Of a stretch of DNA of 54,810 bases, positions 7,831 through 16,259 are shown one piece after another. Origin of the DNA: Candidatus Parcubacteria bacterium (GTDB lineage: Bacteria > Patescibacteriota > Minisyncoccia > Phycocordibacterales > Zambryskibacteraceae); NCBI GenBank assembly GCA_019661785.1, contig JAIFWP010000002.1:105059-159868 (forward strand), given 5' to 3'. The translations under genes were made by a program, and so were the position numbers. A model generated the notes under the pieces. It saw only the letters and a list, made by a program, of their open reading frames with translations. It was not told the DNA's origin and did not search any database. The first letter of the stretch is position 1. Each line of letters opens with the position of its first letter.

Positions 7831-9033
7831 ATGAAGTACGCCTTTACAGCTAAAAACAGAGAGGGAGTAGTCTACAGCGCCGAGGAGGATGCTAAGGACA
7901 AGCTCGAGCTATATGCCAAGGTGCGGAGCGAGGGGGGCTCGATACTCACTGCCAAAGAGGTGAAGGAGGGCAAGAGCCTGGTGAGCCTCTCCTTCGACCG
8001 AGTGAATACGCGCGATAAAATAGTCTTCGCCAAGAATCTATCGTCCATGCTTGCTGCCGGCCTTTCTCTCCCCAGAGCCATGAACGTCATGGAGAGAGAG
8101 TCGAGCAAGTCCTCAATGCAGAAGTTCCTGCGCTCTCTCTCGGCTGACGTGAGCAAGGGCGAGCCGCTATCGACCTCTCTTGCTAAGCAGGGCAAGGTTT
8201 CAAGCCTCTTCGTCTCGATGGTCAAAGCTGGCGAAGAGTCAGGCAACCTCTCAGGCTCTCTCATAGTCGTCGCTCGCGAGATGGAGAAGTCCTACACTCT
8301 CACGAGGAGAGTGCAGAGCGCGATGATATACCCCGTCATCATCGTGTGCCTCATGATAGTCATAGCGGTACTCCTCCTTATATATATGGTGCCAACGCTC
8401 ACCTCAACCTTCCAAGGCCTTAATATCACCCTGCCTCTCTCGACGAGGGTCATCATTGCAACATCTAGTTTCCTTGTAACGCATACTCTCCTCGCGCTCT
8501 CAACCCTTGCCCTCCTTGTGCTCGGCCTCGTGGCTATTGTGAAGAGCTCTCCTGGGAAAAAGGTTTTTGACACAGTTAATCTAAGACTGCCTCTCATAGG
8601 CACGCTTCTGCGTGAGATAGGCAGCGCCCGAACAGCGCGTACTCTCTCCTCTCTCTTATCGGCCGGAGTGACGGTAGACAATGCTCTTGATGTCACAGCA
8701 AACGTCCTACAGAACCACTTATATAAGAGAGCACTTCTAGATGCCCGCCTCTCGGTGCAGAAGGGTGAGCAGTTGTCCTCTGTCTTCAGCAAGTATCCGA
8801 GGCTCTATCCGCCATTTGTGAGCGAGATGTCGGCCGTAGGCGAGGAGACGGGCAAGCTAGCCGAGATGCTCGAGAATGTGGCTATATATTATGAAGAGGA
8901 TGTCGATAACAGGACCAAGGATCTCTCCTCGGTCATAGAACCTCTCCTCATGGTCGCGGTCGGCATAGCAGTGGGCATCTTCGCTGTCTCAATGCTCGCT
9001 CCGACCTACTCCTTGGTCAATCTCATTCAATAA
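7831..9033 (+). CDS. pilC: Type IV pilus platform protein (PilC/GspF family)
   Basis: 400 aa with a duplicated T2SSF domain pattern (LSSMLAAGLSL...; LSSLLSAGVTVDNAL...) and three TM segments. Confidence 0.9.
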   Translation: MKYAFTAKNREGVVYSAEEDAKDKLELYAKVRSEGGSILTAKEVKEGKSLVSLSFDRVNTRDKIVFAKNLSSMLAAGLSLPRAMNVMERESSKSSMQKFLRSLSADVSKGEPLSTSLAKQGKVSSLFVSMVKAGEESGNLSGSLIVVAREMEKSYTLTRRVQSAMIYPVIIVCLMIVIAVLLLIYMVPTLTSTFQGLNITLPLSTRVIIATSSFLVTHTLLALSTLALLVLGLVAIVKSSPGKKVFDTVNLRLPLIGTLLREIGSARTARTLSSLLSAGVTVDNALDVTANVLQNHLYKRALLDARLSVQKGEQLSSVFSKYPRLYPPFVSEMSAVGEETGKLAEMLENVAIYYEEDVDNRTKDLSSVIEPLLMVAVGIAVGIFAVSMLAPTYSLVNLIQ

Positions 9034-9419
9034 TGAGCATGCAAAATAGCAGAGGCTTCAACCTGGTGGAGGTCTTGGTAGCAGCTACCATCATCACGGT
9101 CTTCTTGGCAGCTCTCGTCGGCACAAGCAACCTCTACTTGCGAGCTTCGCGCACAAGTCCAGAGCGAGCTAAGGCTCTGTATCTGGCCGAAGAGGGGATA
9201 GAGAACCTTGTATACATGCGTGACCAGTCTTGGACCGCTTATATTGCTTCTGCGCCGACAGACTCCACCGAGAACATAGGCGCTTTCACACGGAGAACTG
9301 AGCTTGCGGGAGCGAGCAATCATACGAAGTCCGCTCGCGTCAGCGTATCTTGGCTCGATCACGATTCTATGGCGACTGTATCACTCACAGCTCTTATCTC
9401 GAACTTATATGACAATTAG
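9033..9419 (+). CDS. Prepilin-type N-terminal cleavage/methylation-domain protein (pseudopilin)
   Basis: 128 aa. MSMQNSRG|FNLVEVLVAATIITVFLAAL is a class-III signal with G-1 and E+5. The ATG overlaps the pilC stop. Confidence 0.8.
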   Translation: MSMQNSRGFNLVEVLVAATIITVFLAALVGTSNLYLRASRTSPERAKALYLAEEGIENLVYMRDQSWTAYIASAPTDSTENIGAFTRRTELAGASNHTKSARVSVSWLDHDSMATVSLTALISNLYDN

Positions 9420-9822
9420 ATATTTTTTAACAGCTCGCCGGAGAGGCTTCTCTCTAGTAGAGATAGTGGTCTACATAGCCATACTTACCTTCCTTAGCAT
9501 GATTATCATGAACACTTTCGCTACGGTGACTCATCTTGGCACTGTCGAGACAGGGCGAGAGAGCTCGACGCGTTCGGCCGTGGCCGTGCTCAACCGCTTG
9601 AGCCGCAGTATAAGGTCGGCAGGCAGCGCCTCGGTAGAGGGGGGCGAACTGCTTCTTGATGGCAATCCTGTGGATCTGAGCGCGTATCTCGAGGACGGGA
9701 TGACTCTCGATGGATTGTCATTTAATCTGACTTCCGGAAGCACTAGCGCACGAGTGCGTACATCCTTCACTCTCCATGGAGAGAGTTTCTACTCAACTTC
9801 GGTCTTAAGGCACAAACGATGA
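9409..9822 (+). CDS. Prepilin-type N-terminal cleavage/methylation-domain protein (pseudopilin)
   Basis: I chose the internal ATG at 9409 of ORF 9304-9822. It gives MTIRYFLTARRRG|FSLVEIVVYIAILTFL, a class-III signal. The upstream part of the ORF overlaps the previous gene. Confidence 0.72.
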   Translation: MTIRYFLTARRRGFSLVEIVVYIAILTFLSMIIMNTFATVTHLGTVETGRESSTRSAVAVLNRLSRSIRSAGSASVEGGELLLDGNPVDLSAYLEDGMTLDGLSFNLTSGSTSARVRTSFTLHGESFYSTSVLRHKR

Positions 9823-10211
9823 GCATCTCTACCAAACACAAGTTAGAGCAAGGGCAGGCCATGATTATGGCTACAGTCTTCTTCGTCTTTATATCTACGA
9901 CTGTTATCCTGGGTCTTGGCTCGATGATATCTAGCTCTCAAAGGCTTATATCGAAGTCGATACACTCTGAACAGGCTTACTACATCGCTGAAGCTGGGGC
10001 TGAAGAGACCGCTTATGCTCTCATGCATGGATTGCCGGCGGACACTCCCACGATAGAGAGCCAGTCTCCGGTAGTGGCAGTGGCTCCTGAGGGTGAGAAT
10101 ATGCGCATATCATCCACTGCCACTATTGATGATGTAGAGCGTACGGTAGAGATACTTCTCTATGCGAGCAGCACGGACTCTCGTATCCTAAGCTGGAAAG
10201 AAAGCCGCTAG
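9819..10211 (+). CDS. Pilus-associated hypothetical protein (PilX-like N-terminal hydrophobic segment without E+5)
   Basis: 130 aa with QGQAMIMATVFFVFISTTVILGL. Its start overlaps the previous stop, and it is the last gene of the same-strand pilus operon. Confidence 0.5.
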   Translation: MSISTKHKLEQGQAMIMATVFFVFISTTVILGLGSMISSSQRLISKSIHSEQAYYIAEAGAEETAYALMHGLPADTPTIESQSPVVAVAPEGENMRISSTATIDDVERTVEILLYASSTDSRILSWKESR

Positions 10212-10224
10212 CCCGGCGTCTGTG

Positions 10225-10233
10225 TGGTATATT
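10225..10233 (+). promoter_or_regulatory. Extended -10 box (TGgTATATT) 6 nt upstream of the tpiA ATG at 10240; putative leaderless promoter
   Basis: The motif and its spacing were read directly from the sequence. Confidence 0.45.
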
Positions 10234-10239
10234 ACAGCC

Positions 10240-10941
10240 ATGAAACTCATCCTTGTCGGGAATTGGAAGAACCACCCGAGTTCTATCAAAGAGGCATCCG
10301 CCCTTTTGAGCGGCCTAACGAAGAAAGCCAGAGTTTATAAGAAGCTCAGTACCTTCATCGCTCCTCCTACGACATACTTCGACCTAGTAGGGCAGAAGGC
10401 TAAGAGCATTGGCTCTCTCGCGGCCCAGGACATCTTCTTCACACCAGGAAGCGGGACATACACCGGAGTCGTGACGCCGGACATCCTGAAGAGCTTTGGC
10501 GTAAAGCTCGCCATTGTGGGACACAGCGAGCGCCGCAAGCTCGGTGAGACTAATCAAGTCGTAGCAGAGAAGGTCCAGACAGCTCTTGTCGCGGGCATCA
10601 TTCCCCTCATATGCATAGGCGAGGAGGTCCATGATTATGAGGGACATTACTTTGAGTTCCTAAGCGCGCAGCTCAAGGCTTCGCTCGACGGCATCCATCG
10701 ACGTTCGGACGCGGCCAAGCTCGCTATCGCTTATGAGCCAGTTTGGGCCATAGGCAAGAAGGCCAAGGATGCCATGCACCCCGCCGAGCTCGCCCAGATT
10801 GTCATATTCATAAAGAAAGTTCTGACTGAGATCTTCGGGCGAGAGGCGGCTGAGGGCATACCAGTGCTCTATGGCGGCTCTGTAGAGCCGGCAAACGCCA
10901 AAGAGCTTCTTAAGGGTTCTTGGCTGGACACGCATCTCTAG
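10240..10941 (+). CDS. tpiA: Triosephosphate isomerase, apparently frameshifted near 10916; the conserved C-terminus continues in another frame to 10985
   Basis: GNWKNH, IVGHSERR, AYEPVWAIG and YGGSV are TIM signatures. The in-frame tail reads ...ELLKGSWLDTHL*. The -1 frame from 10917 reads FLAGHASLDAKSFNAIAEALIA*, matching the canonical (V)GGASL C-terminus. Confidence 0.85.
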   Translation: MKLILVGNWKNHPSSIKEASALLSGLTKKARVYKKLSTFIAPPTTYFDLVGQKAKSIGSLAAQDIFFTPGSGTYTGVVTPDILKSFGVKLAIVGHSERRKLGETNQVVAEKVQTALVAGIIPLICIGEEVHDYEGHYFEFLSAQLKASLDGIHRRSDAAKLAIAYEPVWAIGKKAKDAMHPAELAQIVIFIKKVLTEIFGREAAEGIPVLYGGSVEPANAKELLKGSWLDTHL

Positions 10942-10986
10942 ATGCCAAGAGTTTTAATGCTATCGCCGAAGCCCTTATCGCCTAAC

Positions 10987-11015
10987 TTGACAAAAATCAT
11001 ATTTAGGTGTACTAT
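10987..11015 (+). promoter_or_regulatory. Sigma70-type promoter TTGACA-N17-TACTAT driving the 11146 ORF
   Basis: The -35 hexamer is at 10987-10992 and the -10 at 11010-11015. A ~130-nt leader follows, with hairpins such as CAGGCACGG/CCGTGCCTG. Confidence 0.6.
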
Positions 11016-11145
11016 ACACAGGCACGGTGATTGCCGTGCCTGGTAAATCCGAGAGGGCTTACTTGCTTTTGTTCCTCACAGCGTCGCTAAAAGCTCTGGT
11101 ATTAATGCCAGACACTCTTTGAGTCAATAGCGACAAGGAGAAAGG

Positions 11146-11781
11146 ATGCGTCGTCTTCAGCGTACCATGCTCACCTGGCGGTTCGAGAACGATCTCGCTC
11201 CCGCTAGCCCGAACTTCATGCCCGTTAGTCTCGCTGACATGAGCGAGAAAGGGGTTTGTATCTCGCGAGTCGAGATTAGCCTCTTCCGCGACAAGGCCGA
11301 GATGGGTGTGTGGCTAGTTATTGGAGCGGGGGTTCTGCCTGGCCAGCGTGAGGGGATTCGCACTTGGCTCTTCCGCGTATTTCGTCCGCTCGGTGTTCCC
11401 GGTCTGCGGCTGGTCACGGAGATCGACGATGATGAGACCACTGAAGATGACCGAGGGCATCATCAGCATCCACAGGTCACCATGAACAGCAACAACGCTC
11501 GTCTCAGCTTCGAGTTCGATCGGGTTCCTGGCGAGGCGTTCACGACGACCGCGATGAGAGTGTTCTATGGGTTCGTCGACGCTCTCGAAGTTCCCGAGTC
11601 GTGGTGTTATCAGTTGCCATACCCGGTGGTCTATCAGGAGACCATGGTTTACGAGCCGAATGATGGATGGACTCCCTTCGGACACATTCTCGCCGATACG
11701 TGCCGTCTCGAGATGAGCAAGCATGAACAGCTGGTGTACCGCCTCGCAATGAAGTTGCGGGGAATCTCGGTTGACGTCTAA
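11146..11781 (+). CDS. Hypothetical protein (ORFan cassette between tpiA and pgk)
   Basis: 211 aa. SD AAGGAG lies 5 nt upstream of the ATG, and the ORF has its own promoter and terminator. I recognise no family. Confidence 0.6.
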   Translation: MRRLQRTMLTWRFENDLAPASPNFMPVSLADMSEKGVCISRVEISLFRDKAEMGVWLVIGAGVLPGQREGIRTWLFRVFRPLGVPGLRLVTEIDDDETTEDDRGHHQHPQVTMNSNNARLSFEFDRVPGEAFTTTAMRVFYGFVDALEVPESWCYQLPYPVVYQETMVYEPNDGWTPFGHILADTCRLEMSKHEQLVYRLAMKLRGISVDV

Positions 11782-11801
11782 GTACCATCACTTCTCTACA
11801 T

Positions 11802-11836
11802 GGCCGGCATCCTCTTGGGTGCCGGCCTTTCTTTTT
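11802..11836 (+). terminator. Rho-independent terminator
   Basis: GGCCGGCA...TGCCGGCC stem followed by TTTCTTTTT. Confidence 0.75.
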
Positions 11837-11849
11837 ATCAATAAGGATA

Positions 11850-11858
11850 TGCGATAAT
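11850..11858 (+). promoter_or_regulatory. Extended -10 box (TGcGATAAT) 6 nt upstream of the pgk GTG at 11865; putative leaderless promoter
   Basis: The motif and its spacing were read directly from the sequence. Confidence 0.45.
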
Positions 11859-11864
11859 AAGGCG

Positions 11865-12812
11865 GTGAAGACTCTCCCCAATCTCATCGAGGCGGATCCC
11901 AAAGGCAAACGTGTGTTTGTGCGCGTCGACTGGAACGTGCCCCTACTTCGCCAAGGCTCCGCAGGGCAAGCTATGGTCGCTGACGATTTCCGTATCAAAA
12001 AGAGCCTTGAGACTTTAGAATTTTTAAAAAAGGCTGGCGCGAAGGTTATCATCGCCACTCATCTTGAGCCGGACGATGCGTCGGTAGACATACTCAGGGA
12101 TTATCTGCCCGAAGGAGCAGAACTCTTGCCAAACTTACGCGGGAATCCCGGCGAGAAGGGCAATGATGCTAAGTTTGCCGAGGAGCTCGCCGCAAAAGCC
12201 GATATATATGTGAATGAGGCCTTCTCCGCCTCACACCGTGAGCACGCATCTATAGTTTTATTGCCCAAATTGCTACCTAGCTTCGCGGGTATTCAGTTTG
12301 AGAGGGAGGTGGAGGGACTCTCCAAGGCTTTTAATCCCACGCACCCCTTCCTCCTTGTCCTCGGCGGGGCCAAGTTCGAGACGAAGCTGCCTTTGGTGGA
12401 GAAATTATTAAATATCGCCGATGAGGTCTTCATCGCTGGGGCGAACGCGGTACAAGTATCTGGAGATTTGATGAGGAATCCTAAAATATCCTTGCCTCTC
12501 GGAGACATCGCAGCTCTAGATGCTGATGAGGCTAATTTGAAAATGCTTGAGACTAAGATAGGTCAGTCCGAATTCATACTCTGGAACGGCCCTCTCGGCA
12601 AATATGAGGATGGTTATAAAGAAGGGACTCAAAGGCTCGCCAAGATGCTGTCCGAATCAGGGAAGGAAGTAATTGTTGGGGGCGCGGACACTCTAGCTGT
12701 TATAAAAGAGTTAGACCTTTATGATAAATTCTCCTTCGTCTCAACTGGTGGGGGAGCTATGCTCGACTTCTTGGCCACAGGCACTCTGCCCGGCATAGAA
12801 GCGCTCAATTAA
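11865..12812 (+). CDS. pgk: Phosphoglycerate kinase (short form, 315 aa)
   Basis: KGKRVFVRVDWNVPL, NEAFSASHREHAS, GGAKFETK, WNGPLG and GGGAML are PGK blocks. GTG start. It is about 80 aa shorter than typical bacterial PGK. Confidence 0.85.
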   Translation: MKTLPNLIEADPKGKRVFVRVDWNVPLLRQGSAGQAMVADDFRIKKSLETLEFLKKAGAKVIIATHLEPDDASVDILRDYLPEGAELLPNLRGNPGEKGNDAKFAEELAAKADIYVNEAFSASHREHASIVLLPKLLPSFAGIQFEREVEGLSKAFNPTHPFLLVLGGAKFETKLPLVEKLLNIADEVFIAGANAVQVSGDLMRNPKISLPLGDIAALDADEANLKMLETKIGQSEFILWNGPLGKYEDGYKEGTQRLAKMLSESGKEVIVGGADTLAVIKELDLYDKFSFVSTGGGAMLDFLATGTLPGIEALN

Positions 12813-13144
12813 ATTTCCGGACCGTCGTCGCTTATCTTCTGCGGGATGAGATGGATGTGGACGTGTGGTATGTCTGTACCAACGATGCCTACTCTTACGA
12901 AATCACCTTCGTATTTATCCTTCAGCATTTTCGCTACACGTTTGACTGAGCGGAATACTTCGTCCGAAAGTTCATCCGGCATATCGATAAACCATCGGTG
13001 ATGGGTTTTAGGAATGAGAAGCGTATGTCCCGGAGCTTTGGGATGAATATCAAGAAATGCGACGGTGTGTTCATCTTCATGAATGATTTCCGAAGGAATC
13101 TCTTTGTTCGCGATTTTGCAGAATAAGCAGTCAGGATCTCTCAT
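12809..13144 (-). CDS. HIT-family (histidine triad) protein
   Basis: 111 aa. CLFCKI..., HPKAPGHTLLIPK and the histidine triad HVHIHLIP. Confidence 0.88.
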   Translation of the reverse strand: MRDPDCLFCKIANKEIPSEIIHEDEHTVAFLDIHPKAPGHTLLIPKTHHRWFIDMPDELSDEVFRSVKRVAKMLKDKYEGDFVRVGIVGTDIPHVHIHLIPQKISDDGPEI

Positions 13145-14127
13145 TAATATGATGTTTTAGCCACTAAGCGCCCTTCTCTGTCGTATAGGGAGATAATCTC
13201 GTGCGAGGTTGCCCACATCTCCCAGGGCTTAGACAAGTAGACGTACCAAGTACTGCCTTGGAAGTTATTGTCTCCGGCATGATAGTCGAGACAAGCAGGG
13301 TAGTTCATGCGGGCTTTGATGAAGGCTATGCAAGCTCCGGACAACCCAGCAGAGTCGTCTACTGTTGGTCCAAGCTTGGCATCGTCTTTAAATACAGGCT
13401 TGTGACACGAGCGCATGCCAGCCAGGTAGTCCTGACAGGCTATGTCGAGCCCTTGTACCCCAGACTCTTTAGACGGGGCCGGACAAGAGCGGGCCAAGCC
13501 TGAAGGGAAGCGGTAGCTCTCAGCGAAGTAGCCTGTGCACTTGTTCTCCTTGAAGCTCACAAGCTGGTAGGGGCTTATATTGCCTGGGCTGCCGCTCATA
13601 ACAACGGCTGTCTCTCCAGGTTTGAGCACAATATCACTTAGCGGGCTTTGCCCAGAAGCAGCTACGATATAGGCTCCTTGTGGTATCAAGGCTGAGTCTG
13701 AAGGATAGTAGACCTCGTTATTGCCGACAGCATAAGCTCGAGAGCTCTTGCCGTTCTCGAGCTTGTATCCGGTCAGGTCAACCGAGCTCCCGCCGCCGTT
13801 TTGTATAGTTATGTACTCCTCGCTAGGCTGGTATGTATAAGCGGCATTCCCTGTACCTAGGGAAAGGGAGCTTGCCACAACCGTGCTTGTAGTTTTTACG
13901 CCAGATAGCTTAGTTCCCGTTGTGGCCTTTGTGCCGCTGGCCTGCTTGGCGCCTGTGCCCGACACAGTAGGGCCTACTGCGCTCGTAGATGAGCTATTAG
14001 TGAAGGGCGAGAAGCCGAAGAGGCTCCCTCTGAAGACTCCGGGCACTACAAGTACGAAGATAACTACCGATATGGCAACGAGGATGAGGAGCCATTCGAC
14101 GAAGTTTCCTCCGGTTAATTTCTTCAT
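13144..14127 (-). CDS. Membrane-anchored secreted protein with a possible lamin-tail-domain (LTD)-like segment
   Basis: 327 aa with an N-terminal TM helix and a Ser/Thr/Gly linker. EYITIQNGGGSSVDLTGYKLENG resembles the LTD core. The C-terminal region is Cys-rich. Confidence 0.5.
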   Translation of the reverse strand: MKKLTGGNFVEWLLILVAISVVIFVLVVPGVFRGSLFGFSPFTNSSSTSAVGPTVSGTGAKQASGTKATTGTKLSGVKTTSTVVASSLSLGTGNAAYTYQPSEEYITIQNGGGSSVDLTGYKLENGKSSRAYAVGNNEVYYPSDSALIPQGAYIVAASGQSPLSDIVLKPGETAVVMSGSPGNISPYQLVSFKENKCTGYFAESYRFPSGLARSCPAPSKESGVQGLDIACQDYLAGMRSCHKPVFKDDAKLGPTVDDSAGLSGACIAFIKARMNYPACLDYHAGDNNFQGSTWYVYLSKPWEMWATSHEIISLYDREGRLVAKTSY

Positions 14128-15780
14128 ATGACGCTTGTATTATACAATACTCCGATGCTAGTTCGTGAAATTTTAGATAATCTCCTCCGCGAGAGGGGAG
14201 TCTCGCCGGAACTTGAACAAGATTTCCTCTACCCTGTATATGAAAAGCTCCATGACCCACTCCTCTTGCCAGATATGGAGCAAGCCAGAGACAGAGTCAT
14301 AGAGGCGATGCAAAATGCGGAGCCTATAATGGTTTTCTCCGACTATGATGCCGATGGCATACCTGGTGCGGTCGTCATGAAGGACTTCTTCAGACGGGCA
14401 AAGTACGATAAGGTCACCTTTTACATTCCTCACCGACACGATGAGGGTTTCGGCCTTAATATGGAGGCTATCGACGAAGCCAAGGAGCGCGGCGCCAAGC
14501 TCCTCATCACCGTAGACTGCGGTACGGCTGACATAGAGGAGGTTGCCCATGCCAACTCGCTTGGTTTGGACGTCATCATCACCGACCACCATGAGAGCAA
14601 TGAGTTGCCGAAAGCTCACTCGGTGGTGAATCCGAAAGTTAAACACTCGAAGTATCCCTTCAAAGAGCTTTGTGGAGCCGGGCTCGCCTACAAACTGGTG
14701 CAGGCAATACTCGCCAAAGAGCGATTTGGCACCAAAGAAGGCATGGAGAAGTGGTCTCTCGACATGGTAGCCATAGCTACGCTCTCCGACATGGTGCCTC
14801 TCGTCGGCGAGAACAGGATTTTCGCCAAGTACGGGCTCGATGTCTTGAGGAAATCTCCTCGCCCTGGCCTCCAAGCTCTGTGTAGGAAGCTAGGCATGGA
14901 CCAGCGCTTTATAAACGAGGACGATATCGCCTTCATGATTACTCCTCGCATCAATGCAGCCTCGCGCATGGGCGTGCCGGAGGACGCTTTCAAGCTCCTC
15001 GCGACGGCAGACCTGCGCGAGGCTGACGCTCTTGCTCTCCACTTGGAGCAGATTAATAACGAGAGGAAGGTCTTGGTAGCAACTATTGTCAAAGACGCCA
15101 AAAAGCACTTGAAGCAGAGGGGTGAGCTGCCCGCAGTCATCGTCATCGGCAATCCTGAGTGGCGTCCAGCCATCCTTGGCCTCGTCGCTAACTCGCTTGT
15201 CGAGGAGTACTCGCGCCCGGCCTTCGTTTGGGGACGCGACGGCGACAATATGCTCAAGGGCTCATGCCGTTCGTATAACGGTTATGACCTATTTGAGCTC
15301 ATGAGTGCGGCCAAAGAGTGCTTTGTTGAATTTGGCGGGCATGCGGGAGCGGGGGGATTCTCCATGACGCTTGAGAGTTTGCAAACTTTAGAAGAGAGAC
15401 TTTCAGAATGCCTCTCTAGTTTAGTAGAAGGAGATAAGGAAGCTGAGAGTACCGGTATAGAAATCCAACTCAAAGAGATATGCGAAGATCTTTGGCAGAC
15501 CCTCTCTCTTGTTGCGCCCTTCGGCACAGGCAATCCAAAACCTATTTTCAAAATTAAATCTGAAATCAAAGACGTGCGCCAGTTTGGCAAGGCCCAAGAC
15601 CATCTTGAGCTCATACTGAAGCCCAATACCAAGGCTGTATCCTTCTTCTCGACGCCTAAGAGCTATGGCCTAGAACTTAAGCCAGAGTCGAACGTCAATC
15701 TCCACGTCCACCTCGAAAAATCCTATTTTAGAAATCGCCCCGAACTGCGCTTGAGGATTGTTGATATACTAGCGGCATGA
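14128..15780 (+). CDS. recJ: Single-stranded-DNA-specific exonuclease RecJ (DHH/DHHA1)
   Basis: Motifs: SDYDADGI, DCG, ITDHH and GGHAGAGG. The true start may be the ATG at 14155, which lies 6 nt downstream of TACAAT at 14143-14148. Confidence 0.88.
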   Translation: MTLVLYNTPMLVREILDNLLRERGVSPELEQDFLYPVYEKLHDPLLLPDMEQARDRVIEAMQNAEPIMVFSDYDADGIPGAVVMKDFFRRAKYDKVTFYIPHRHDEGFGLNMEAIDEAKERGAKLLITVDCGTADIEEVAHANSLGLDVIITDHHESNELPKAHSVVNPKVKHSKYPFKELCGAGLAYKLVQAILAKERFGTKEGMEKWSLDMVAIATLSDMVPLVGENRIFAKYGLDVLRKSPRPGLQALCRKLGMDQRFINEDDIAFMITPRINAASRMGVPEDAFKLLATADLREADALALHLEQINNERKVLVATIVKDAKKHLKQRGELPAVIVIGNPEWRPAILGLVANSLVEEYSRPAFVWGRDGDNMLKGSCRSYNGYDLFELMSAAKECFVEFGGHAGAGGFSMTLESLQTLEERLSECLSSLVEGDKEAESTGIEIQLKEICEDLWQTLSLVAPFGTGNPKPIFKIKSEIKDVRQFGKAQDHLELILKPNTKAVSFFSTPKSYGLELKPESNVNLHVHLEKSYFRNRPELRLRIVDILAA

Positions 15781-16259
15781 TAACTATCTTTACTGACGGG
15801 TCGTCGAAGGGCAATCCTGGGCCAGGGGGCTTTGCAGCTATTATCTCTGACGGTCTTATGGTGCGCGAGGTAGGCGGGAGCGAGAAGCATACTACAAACA
15901 ATCGGATGGAACTCAAGGCGGCCATTCGCGCCCTTGAGTCTCTAGAGCCAACGAACGACACTATATATATCCACACAGATTCGCAGTACGTGATGAAGGG
16001 CATAACCGAGTGGATACATGGCTGGCTCGCCAAAGGCTGGAAGACGGCTCAGAAGAAGCCAGTAGAGAACCAGGACCTCTGGCAAGTTTTATATAAGAAC
16101 ACTGAGGGCAAGAACATAGAGTGGAAGCATGTTGCCGGCCATGCTGGCGTAGCTGCCAACGAGCGCTGCGACGAGATAGCCCAAGGTTTCGCCGACGGAG
16201 TGGATGTAGACTTATATGATGGACCGCTCGCCCAGTACAGAGTCAGTCTTGAGGCGTAA
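15777..16259 (+). CDS. rnhA: Ribonuclease HI
   Basis: 160 aa. TDGSSKGNPGPGGFA, NNRMELKA, TDSQYV and GHAG...NERCDE are the DEDD catalytic blocks. Confidence 0.9.
   Translation: MITIFTDGSSKGNPGPGGFAAIISDGLMVREVGGSEKHTTNNRMELKAAIRALESLEPTNDTIYIHTDSQYVMKGITEWIHGWLAKGWKTAQKKPVENQDLWQVLYKNTEGKNIEWKHVAGHAGVAANERCDEIAQGFADGVDVDLYDGPLAQYRVSLEA

Noticed and set aside
9304-9408. 5' extension of the second pseudopilin ORF.
   Set aside because: It overlaps the first pseudopilin by 116 nt. The class-III signal peptide begins right after the internal ATG at 9409.
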